Origin: Podarcis bocagei
Taxonomy: Eukaryota
Assembly (NCBI GenBank): GCA_964188305.1
Contig: OZ076892.1
Length of the DNA: 64,000 nt
Reading direction: 5' to 3' (one strand)
Part shown: piece by piece, positions 56,501 to 64,000 of the stretch
Layout: every line of letters begins with the position of its first letter
How positions within the stretch are numbered: the stretch's first letter is position 1
Notes under the pieces: model-generated
The model's input: only the letters and a program-made list of their open reading frames with translations
The model's database searches: none
What the model was told of the DNA's origin: nothing
Made by a program: the position numbers and the translations under genes

Positions 56501-59500
56501 TTTTCCTTGAAAGATGACTTATCAGAGGGAAAATGGATGGCAAAATCTGTGTGGCTCTTGCAGGAAAATCAGAGGAAGGAAGAATCTGGTCTTCTCCTTG
56601 AAGACCTTTCCTGCAAAATCCTTCTCTTTTCTTTTTTTTTGCATTCCAATGTAACACTTTTCATGCCCCTTTCTCCCACTGAGGGGTGGGGAAACACATT
56701 CACTGAACCCAAACATAAATCATTTCCATGGAGGCAGTTATTCTGGCTTATGCTGTCAGGGCTAGAAAGCAATTAACCCAACTTTTGCTTGAAGCCCTGT
56801 TTTTGCATCCCAGTCTCAAGAACAAAAGATACCTGGGGAATAACAAGCTGTGCTAAATGACCTTGCACAACTGCTATAAACCCAAAAAAATGTTATTTCT
56901 GGGAACAGTGGGAGAGATAAAGAGAGACAGAGTGAGTGTGAGTGAATTTTGGACACTGCACCAAACCAAGTCCCAGATTATCCTCTTGGGAGTTCTGCAA
57001 ATAGGGCGTCATTGAGCATGATGTGTGACCCTGGGCCATCCTTCTTTCAACCAGTGTGCAATTTGTCTTTCCCTTGGTGCCTTACGATCAAAACATACAA
57101 ACTTCTGCCAAATGAAAAACAGGGCTTTTTTGTTCATTTTCAGACATTCCTTAAGCCAAATAACAGAAGCAGTTTGAGGAGGAGGAGAGGGGAAAAGAGC
57201 ACTGCTAAAAAAGCACTCTTCAGCAGCATAACAAGATCTTCTCGCATTAGGGATGGGAGCACACTGAATCTGAAAAGGCAAAGCAAAACGGTTAATACAC
57301 ACAAACACACATACACAAAAAGAAGAGAGGCAGAATAGGCACACATTACAAGGGGACAATTGTTAAACAAAACCTTACTTGTATTAGCAGTGTCTGAAGG
57401 AAAAAGAGAGGCAGGGGCATGCAGTTATGGGGGCTGCCAAAGCACACCTTTATTGAGCATCCTTGTGTGCACTTCTTAAGGGCCAAAGTGGATGCATTGC
57501 TGAACTCAAAAGCACAGAAGGGTCTTAGTAGCAGATATTCTTCCTGTTCTTAGAATATTCACTCTACATTCTCTAGATCAGTGGAGGGAAGAATTCAAGC
57601 TTGCTGAATCTATTTTGTGCTTCACTAGAACCCAAAGACCCACCAACTGGAGCCTGCGAGTGTCTCTGACATGGGTTCTAAACACCAGAACTGAGCTGAG
57701 CTCACAATGCTTCCACGTTTATATTTATGCTTCCTACGGATAATCTTCTAAAAAAAGGGCAGGGGTAAGCAATGGTAGACTGGACCTGCTGGGTAGATCT
57801 TTGGATGATCTGCAATGGATTGGCAAGGATTTCTGCTCCCAATTATTTAACAACAGCATCAAAATTAGGCTGCTAAAGTGAGGAAAGCTTGAGGGTAACC
57901 AAGAATGTGCTTATATCTGCTGGTAAAAGTATACAGAGGGCAAGTGCACCCGGCACCTTTAAAACACCAGTGTGCATATCAAAACTCCATTCCTTAAATA
58001 TAAGACAGAACAGGGGCTGGAATGGTAACTATGTTTGCAGAGACTGTACTGATTTTTCACAAAAGACTTTCTCCAGTCTGAGAAAAGTCAGATGAACAAT
58101 GGGTGGGGGGGGGGGAGGTGGTTTTGATTAAACTGCAGCCCTGAGTGGGCCTTGCGTGCAACTGTGTATTCTGCACTATTTCCACCATGTTCATGCTTTG
58201 TGTCAAGTCCTAAACCAGGGATAGGTAACGGTGATGCCCTTTGACCAGCAGGTTGGAACCACCCAAAATTTAAACAGTTACCAAAAGCAAGCACTGCTTG
58301 CAAAAGTTCTCCCTTTGTACCCACAGATTTTCTTGACACATCTGAAATCAGATGATGGAGGTGAGAGAAAAGTGGGCATGGCTGGAGGAAAACAGACTTG
58401 CAGGCCAAAGGTTCCACCTACCTGCCACAAACCATAACATACAAACCAGCACTCCTGGTTTGTTCCTCTACAAACAAAGCTTGGTGCTCAGTCTCTTGGC
58501 CTACTAAGCGTGACTTGTTTGGAGATAAACAAGCCACGAGCAGCATTTTGCACAACACATTAAAGAAGGGCTCATGGTTTGTTGCTCCTAACTCAACAAA
58601 GTGAGGAGTGCAGCAGACACAGTTCCGCAGAATAAGCTTGTTCATGTGCAAAATTGGACCACTGTGCCTGTTGCACTCATACTGTGCATCTGCACACCTA
58701 TTACAGCTAAAAACCACAGTTAGCAACAAGTCCCCCAGACCCTGGGCTAACACTTGAGTCACAAATGTGTTGCTTTTAATGCTCTGTTTCTCCCCTCTTG
58801 CTCCATCCAAGTCATTACTTTAGCCTTCCTTATTGAGAGGCAAGATTCAGCCCCACCGCCATGACAGAAACCAGCTTAACTGGTGTCCCCCATTGTCCTT
58901 AGAACAGCCACCTATTTGGAGTCCTGACTCACTCTGTGAAAGGGAGGATGGAAGGAGAGAGACACAGAAATGAGGCATCTCTCTGCTTTGAAGCAGCAGC
59001 TGACACACTCTATGATGCCACAACTTAATTGCAAAAGGATGCGTACAGAAACTGTAGGAAGGGCAGCTTGGTTAAAAAGGAAAAGACACACATTCTGCTC
59101 CCTGTTAAATACGAAACAGCAAAGAGGTTGCCACTCCATCACTGTCACCTGATCTGTCTGCTCCGCTTGCTGGAGACAGACCTGAAGGACCTCTGCCCGG
59201 GTGGCCAGCCTCTCTGAAAGTTCCCGGAAGGATGTCTGCAGCTCGTTCAGCAGCCTCAACAGCTGCCTGCTTTGTTCCGGGGACAAGTCTTGAGCGTGCT
59301 CAGAAATGAAGAACTGAATGTCAAGGGCTGTTGCATCAAGCTGAGCTTTGGTATCTGCAAGGGGCCTTTTCAGCTCCTGGCCACGTCAAGAGAGGGGAAG
59401 AGGGAGAAAATGTAGCCACTCTGAGACTTTAGTCACCCACAGGATACCTTTGCAAGTTTCACGTGCTTGAATGACCAAGTGACCAGAGACTTTAAAACAA

Positions 59501-62500
59501 AAGAGGCTTAATGGTCCTTCATCAGGGCAGGAAGCTTTCCCTGATAGCCTGAAATTGACACACTTACAGCTAGGGAGAAGGGCAGAGAAATAGCTCAGAG
59601 CCAGTCTGAATTCATTCTCTGCCCCTCTGTCTCTCACACACCATGAATTTGTGCGTGGATGAAGGTGAAGCACCTAAGGATGGGTCAGTTTCTCTCAGTT
59701 TCTTATTTTCCCCAATCACATTTTTGCACCGGATTGTGTGTGGTTTTTAAGTCCTAATGAAAATTCAGCAGCATTTTAGTATACACTTCAATTACACAAT
59801 TTTTGTTATGTAATTTTGCCCAATAAACATATTTTTGCAGGCCATTTCCCCCTTATATAAAGCATTTTAATGTGCTATTTTCATTAAAATATGCATTTAT
59901 GTATGCATTCCCCTGGTATATGCATTTCTGTACTAATTATTTGCTTGGAAAGGAACACAAAATTCGGAGAAATGTAAATTTCAAAGGATGGCTGTGTTTC
60001 AGTTCACATATTGTTTCAGGATGTGCATAGCTGGTAGGTTTGCCTTTAAATGAGAAGTGAAATCAATTATTCCCACACAACTTTAGAGACACCCCAGGGT
60101 GCAAGCTCTTTCTCCCTGGGAACCTGATGTGGAATTGCAGCTTGATGCAGAAGTCTTGGTTTGCTTCCCAAATGCTCTCCTTACATTTGTTATATCTTAA
60201 AATATACATTACAACTACACCTTAAGACTTCAGGGTGTAGTCTGGTTTCCCTTCCCATCCCAAAGAAACTAAACCCTGCCCACCCTTCCCTGGGGAGCTT
60301 CTCATCACCCGGAAAAACAAGAAATGCCTGGCAATGTCACATTCGAAGTCAAACCAACGTAGGCAGGGGATGATGGGAGTTGTAGTCTGAAACATTTGGA
60401 GGGCACCAGATTGGCAAAGGCTTTTCTAAGTATAAAGGAATTGGCTGGCAGCCCTACCACTTTCTCCAAATAGCAGGTCATACAGCTTAAGGTCTGGCTT
60501 CCCAGCCATATTATCTTGGGAGGAGCCATTTGCAAACTCAGGCATGCCACACACCCACAAAAAGCTCTCAAGAGCTCCAGGCAGAGAAGAGGAAATAGTT
60601 GTGTTTTTTCAAATGCCAGATCATAAAGCTACACAATTCATAACCATAAATGGTTATAACTTACAGCACTCACAGTCTTGCACAAACGGTTGTGATGTCT
60701 ACTGGCGCAAAATGCATGGGTGATGCTAATTGCCATCACAGATCCATTTTTAGATAATAATGCAGACCCCCCTGCATGGTGTGTGGGGGGGGTGGGGGGT
60801 GTGGAGCTTTGTCTAGACAAGCAAGGAGTCTCCACTAAGCAGAGTTCTTGAATCTTGCCAAAAGGTGTGTGGGGGGGGGGGGACAAAAGGAGGACAACTT
60901 AGGGCAATGAAAGAAAAGTGGAGGGTGTGGGGGTGGGGATGAATGAGGGAAGAAAAAAGAGGCCTACCAGCCTCTCTCTGGCCCTCTGAATTCATCCCCC
61001 AGAATTTCCATAAAGGCAGCCTTTGGTGGTCAGGATGCTGGCTAGCAACTAGCAGAAAATGGCTACCACCATAACAGCCCCGTTTGTGAAATACCCTGAA
61101 GCATCTGGCTCCATAAGGGAGCAACACTCTCAACCAGACAGACCAATGATCCAATACAGCAGGGCCATTCTCATGTGGCTGTTATTTGCAGAACTGGAAA
61201 GGTCCCAGAATGAGTTTGTAAATACTGAGGACAACTTCCTAAACATATGCCTTTTTACAAATATTGAGTAGCTGATAGGATAATTGCATTCATGGTTGAA
61301 ATGAAGTGAGCCAAGGGAGAAGGCCCAAAGTGACTGGTCCCAAGGGTGCTCTCAGCAGAGAGTATAGGTCCCCTAGTTTGCATGCGGACAACCAGGAACT
61401 CCCTGCCCCCTCCGTGGGAAGTTACCACCCTCCCAGTCAGGCTTAGCCTGTGACGTTGCTATGGCAACTACCTTGTAGCTCTGGAGGCAGGAATTCAAGC
61501 TGCTGGCATCAGTTTTAGTGTGGGACTCTAGATGGTTGAGTAACTCTGTGGTGTCAGACGCCCAGCTCAGCAGCTCCTGGAGCCGGCCCTGCAGCTTCCC
61601 ATGCTGCGCTAGGATTTCAGCCTCAAAATGAAACAACAACAGAGAAATAATTATTAAAACCAGAATAGGAACAAAAGGGCAAACCAAGGTCAGCCAAAGA
61701 TGCCGAACCTTAACAAATACTGGCATTTTAGCTGACAGGCGCAAAACTCTTGAAGCAAAAGTGTCTCCACAAGGTGACTCTCCCCTCAAGATCCATGTGG
61801 AAGGAGAGCTCTTGTGAATGGGCTCACATATAGCAGCAGTAGCAATAGCTGCTTTTTAAACAATGTTGGGGGGGCACGCAAAAAAGGAAGTCTTTTTCAG
61901 TATGCAAGAAATTCCTATTGCTGTACGAGGAGTCATTGTGCAGAGAAAAGACAAACTAAGGGGGAAAATTATGCATGGGTGAATCTTTTCCCCACAAAAA
62001 CTGTCGCATGAAGTGGCCCCTGAAACTCAGATGCACACACTCCACACAGGCAGTGTTCAGAGGTGGGACAATGTACGGTTGAGGCCCAGGACATCACTTA
62101 ATTATTTGGCATTTCCCCCCAAAACATCTGCTGACCACAAAGAGAACAAGAACAGGATGCTGGAATAGATGGGTGTAGGCGTGATCTAGAAGGCCTGTTC
62201 TTATATTCTTATGCTCTTAATGGCACGTTAAGGACAAACAGGGGTTAGAAAGTTGATGTGAGTATTAATCTGCTTTTAGTCTACTGTGGATAATGGTTGA
62301 TTTTTCTTATTGATAATTTCATTTTTGTAGACCACTTTGAGGTCTATTTTTACTATCAAGTAGTATATAAATTTTGTGAAATGAATGAATAAAACAAACC
62401 TCCACTTATGCAATGTGTGTGGGGGGGGGGGGACGGGACATTCAGACATGAGATCTTTGCAGCTCTATTTTGCTTGCATACAATGGCCCATTTTCTACCC

Positions 62501-63866
62501 CTTCGAGGAAAAATATGGGTTGCTTCCAGGAATTTAATATTGTAAAAAAAGTTGTTCGGATATTGCAACAGGATTCTTTAACACTGTATTTTCCCCAGAA
62601 AGCGTAGATACAGGTTAAACGGGGGGGGGGGGGATACAGACTGGCATTTTGATGCCAATGATGTTGTGTGGATGCTGCAAAAACAACAACTCCTGCATGC
62701 GTGAGGAGCAGTCACCCCACAATAAGCACCCGCCTGGAAGGACCCTGGAAGGGTGGGTCCTGTGCTTCCCAGAACATTCCTTTTCCATAGAATCGGCAAG
62801 CACCTTTTTTGAACAAACATGGAGCCTCCTTGCCAAAGGAAGGCTGTAAGGAGTGCAGTACCTTTTCTGCTTCTGTCGCAGCACGAAGGTTCAGTAGCCA
62901 AGAGTCCAGGGCCTTGCTGACGGAGCCAAAAGACTTCTGAAGGTTCTTGGCATCTTTCTCCAAAGCCTTCAGTAATTGCTCAGGGACTTCCCAGGGAGGG
63001 TTGGATACAATCCCTTTCACTGCCTCCAGCTCCTGATTCATTGGAGCCGACAAGTTCCTCAGCTCTGCGTCCAAGGCCTAAGGGGCAAAAGGGTACCTAT
63101 AAGCAGACATCTAAGCAAGACAAATGGTCCTGCCAAGGCTGGAACGAACTTGAGCCTCACACTCCCCCTGTCTGCTGTTAAGGCTTCTCAACTCTTTTCA
63201 CGTCATGGTAATCCTGTCCAAGCAGCAGAATCCAAGAAGCTCTTGTACATGTGTCATCGTCCAAGCATGAAGCAAGATTTGGTCCAGATAGTTCAATCCA
63301 GTACAAGTAAAAAACAAACCAACAATTGTAATCTGGTTTAAGGGTGTAGACGAGGGTTCAATTCTCACAATGGCCCTGAACTCCCTTCTACAGCTTTCGG
63401 CATGCGTGCACACACACAATACTCTCGCAGCCTCATTCGCCTAGTGTGATCTACATCACAGGGGTAGATCAGACCAAAGGCTAAAAAGTACTTTGCAAAA
63501 ACTACAGAGGATGTGAAAAGAATGAACAGCAACAGTAACTCATCTGATTGAGTGTTAGCCTTTTGAGGTGCCACAAGACTCTTCAGAAGTCCCTGAGAAG
63601 CTTACAGGCACAGCAAGTTGACAGGGAACAAAGGTGCTCTCCTGTGAATTGCCATAGTGGCCAGCCCACTGGGGAAAGTGACCTTTATGTGTGAAAACCA
63701 AAGCCACTCCTCTTACCTCAGCCTGGCGAAGCAGTTCCCGCAGTGCTGCTGAACTCAGATCTGCAACTTGAACTCGCTGGATGCGCATCTCAATGTCACG
63801 CACTCTGGACAGGAGCACAACCAATTTCTCATCATAGCTGAGGCAAAGCTGTTTGCTGTGTGGAGC
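31070..63866 (-). CDS. MACF1: MACF1 (microtubule-actin crosslinking factor 1 / ACF7), partial: 21 exons of the spectrin-repeat rod; the gene extends beyond both ends of the window
   Basis: Exon translations closely match remembered human MACF1 ([90 protein letters not shown]). All introns are GT-AG and the phases chain without frameshift; total about 5760 nt. Confidence 0.96.
33209..33704 (-). CDS. MACF1: MACF1 exon, 496 nt, [10 protein letters not shown]...LKGLEDLA(G)
   Basis: ttttag|TTT acceptor, CAG|gtatgg donor, phase 0-1. Confidence 0.96.
33874..34009 (-). mobile_element. 136-bp polyadenylated retroinsertion (probably an L1 3' end) with 16-bp TSD
   Basis: TSD aagaatggctgccttc at 33858-33873 and 34010-34025; poly(T) and tttatt on + (AATAAA and poly(A) on -). 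Confidence 0.85.
36137..36336 (-). CDS. MACF1: MACF1 exon, 200 nt, (N)SRWAHANQV...[10 protein letters not shown]
   Basis: attcag|AT acceptor, CAG|gtgaga donor, phase 1-0. Confidence 0.95.
38254..38383 (-). CDS. MACF1: MACF1 exon, 130 nt, [15 protein letters not shown]...WKRMLEDL(N)
   Basis: ctgtag|GCA acceptor, TAA|gtatgt donor, phase 0-1; not in the ORF track. Confidence 0.92.
39283..39778 (+). mobile_element. L2 LINE 3' fragment (end of ORF2 plus 3'UTR), degenerate
   Basis: gctgccagttagt...aaagtgctg...acctataaagcc...gtggaatgctctccccagggagg...tgtgaactgccctgagatc...gagggcgg terminus. Confidence 0.8.
40133..40374 (-). CDS. MACF1: MACF1 exon, 242 nt, (D)[12 protein letters not shown]...AQADHNK
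   Basis: gtttag|AT acceptor, AAG|gttcct donor, phase 1-0. Confidence 0.93.
41626..41688 (-). CDS. MACF1: MACF1 63-nt symmetric exon, (G)[20 protein letters not shown](D)
   Basis: gctcag|GT acceptor, AAG|gtgaga donor, phase 1-1; matches human GSILPSVGSSVGSVNGYHTCK. Confidence 0.92.
43458..43604. mobile_element. hAT (Tip100-like) MITE, 147 bp
   Basis: Perfect 17-bp terminal inverted repeats CAGTGGCGTAGCGTGGG / CCCACGCTACGCCACTG; 8-bp TSD cacaccat / cacaccgt. Confidence 0.9.
44808..45003 (+). mobile_element. CR1 3' terminus
   Basis: ctgacagtaagagctg...tccttccttggaggtttttaagcagagg...ggactagatgacc...gtcccttccaactctaagattctatgat. Confidence 0.9.
46286..46403 (-). CDS. MACF1: MACF1 exon, 118 nt, [17 protein letters not shown]...APDAQSKS(G)
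   Basis: taacag|GTG acceptor, CAG|gtgggt donor, phase 0-1; not in the ORF track. Confidence 0.92.
47650..47806 (-). CDS. MACF1: MACF1 exon, 157 nt, (R)[18 protein letters not shown]...MQQIE
   Basis: tcccag|A acceptor, GAG|gtgggc donor, phase 2-0. Confidence 0.92.
48065..48777. mobile_element. Tc1/mariner-pogo (Tigger-like) MITE, 713 bp, with internal 60-bp tandem units
   Basis: Terminal inverted repeats CAGTGGTGCCCCGCAAGACGAA / TTCGTCTTGCGAGGCACCACTG, TA on both flanks, CpG-rich. Confidence 0.92.
49793..49962 (-). CDS. MACF1: MACF1 exon, 170 nt, [19 protein letters not shown]...KAARE(R)
   Basis: tgccag|GAA acceptor, CG|gtaagg donor, phase 0-2. Confidence 0.93.
50872..51189 (-). CDS. MACF1: MACF1 exon, 318 nt, [28 protein letters not shown]...FSQQIQ
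   Basis: taacag|AAG acceptor, CAG|gtgaga donor. Confidence 0.95.
51459..51667 (-). CDS. MACF1: MACF1 exon, 209 nt, (D)[10 protein letters not shown]...ESLATNM
   Basis: cctcag|AT acceptor, ATG|gtaagc donor, phase 1-0. Confidence 0.93.
51955..52078 (-). CDS. MACF1: MACF1 exon, 124 nt, [14 protein letters not shown]...IQETT(D)
   Basis: caacag|CAC acceptor, CAG|gtaagg donor, phase 0-1. Confidence 0.92.
52178..52349 (+). mobile_element. tRNA-derived squamate SINE
   Basis: gggaagggccata...gcatct...aggtagggctgggagagaccc...ggagagctgctgccag...cagcttcctatgttc. Related fragments at about 275-325, 795-900, 14890-14990, 41130-41260, 43770-43985 and 50690-50825. Confidence 0.65.
52972..53148 (-). CDS. 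MACF1: MACF1 exon, 177 nt, [12 protein letters not shown]...QLASAK
   Basis: ttgcag|TGC acceptor, AAA|gtaagt donor. Confidence 0.93.
53615..53865. mobile_element. hAT-Charlie-like MITE
   Basis: Terminal inverted repeats CAGTGGTTCCCAAA / TTTGGGAACCACTG; related degenerate copy at about 41902-42285; no clear TSD. Confidence 0.6.
53929..54471 (-). CDS. MACF1: MACF1 exon, 543 nt, [10 protein letters not shown]...YSSLHSK
   Basis: ttccag|GTC acceptor, AAG|gtacaa donor; contains [24 protein letters not shown]. Confidence 0.95.
54902..55114 (-). CDS. MACF1: MACF1 exon, 213 nt, [20 protein letters not shown]...HYESLK
   Basis: ttccag|ATT acceptor, AAG|gttggt donor, phase 0-0. Confidence 0.88.
55323..55556 (-). 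CDS. MACF1: MACF1 exon, 234 nt, [13 protein letters not shown]...QQQTEK
   Basis: cattag|GAC acceptor, AAG|gtacag donor, phase 0-0. Confidence 0.92.
56006..56155 (-). CDS. MACF1: MACF1 exon, 150 nt, [19 protein letters not shown]...QSDVK
   Basis: aaacag|ACA acceptor, AAG|gtgaga donor; matches human TLQKQQ...LEDLCSW. Confidence 0.92.
57379..57393 (-). CDS. MACF1: Candidate 15-nt in-frame MACF1 microexon (TLLIQ)
   Basis: ctgcctctctttttccttcag|ACACTGCTAATACAA|gtaagg; symmetric phase 0 in a phase-0 intron; upstream TGC and TGCATG motifs. Confidence 0.62.
59149..59376 (-). CDS. MACF1: MACF1 exon, 228 nt (or 234 nt to 59143), [15 protein letters not shown]...QAEQTDQ(VT)
   Basis: ggccag|GAG acceptor; tandem donors CAG|gtgaca and ACA|gtgatg; contains [15 protein letters not shown]. 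Confidence 0.88.
61472..61621 (-). CDS. MACF1: MACF1 exon, 150 nt, [20 protein letters not shown]...CLQSYK
   Basis: ttttgag|GCT acceptor (rare GAG), AAG|gtagtt donor, phase 0-0; spectrin-repeat Trp motif. Confidence 0.85.
62862..63077 (-). CDS. MACF1: MACF1 exon, 216 nt, ALDAELRNL...AATEAEK (MACF1b-type segment)
   Basis: ccttag|GCC acceptor, AAG|gtactg donor; contains [20 protein letters not shown]. Confidence 0.92.
63717..63866 (-). CDS. MACF1: MACF1 exon, 150 nt, [15 protein letters not shown]...LLRQAE (MACF1b-type segment)
   Basis: ccatag|GCT acceptor, GAG|gtaaga donor, phase 0-0; resembles human QLCLEHDEKLVSYLS. Confidence 0.9.
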
Positions 63867-64000
63867 CTATGGAGTCAGAGGCATTAAAACACAGGTTTTA
63901 GACAGAATAGGAGAGATACAGACAAAGCACAACAATCTATTTGCATGGTTCTAGCTTATTTCATCTAAAAACTCTGTTTCTTGTAGGGCCAGATTTCATT

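Noticed and set aside
58422-58467. 46-nt AG...CAG|GTAGGT pseudo-exon
   Set aside because: Frameshifting length and no supporting similarity; such site pairs are common by chance

Overview
Vertebrate genomic DNA, very probably from a lacertid lizard (Podarcis-type Sauria SINE, plus squamate CR1, L2 and MITE repeats). The whole window lies inside the spectraplakin gene MACF1 (ACF7) on the minus strand. I reconstructed 21 phase-consistent GT-AG coding exons between 63866 and 31070 (about 5760 nt, about 1920 codons of spectrin-repeat rod). The first four correspond to the segment found only in long MACF1b-type isoforms. Positions 1-31069 are one large intron. It holds a CpG island (about 8900-10630) and the single-exon KIAA0754-like ORF (ATG 8580, stop 5224). 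Most interesting: (1) the KIAA0754 ORF starts with an MGxxxS myristoylation-type N-terminus and has a phase-0 splice donor 15 codons before its stop, so it could be an alternative first exon giving a membrane-anchored MACF1 without actin-binding or plakin domains; (2) a compact E-box/CArG/MCAT/MEF2/TATA module with a GTGAGT donor at about 2264-2604, a candidate muscle-type internal promoter; (3) a candidate 15-nt in-frame microexon (TLLIQ, 57379-57393) just upstream of the exon where the a and b isoforms join. Gene identities rest on my recollection of the human proteins, not on a database search. No prokaryotic features, CRISPR arrays or rRNA were seen.
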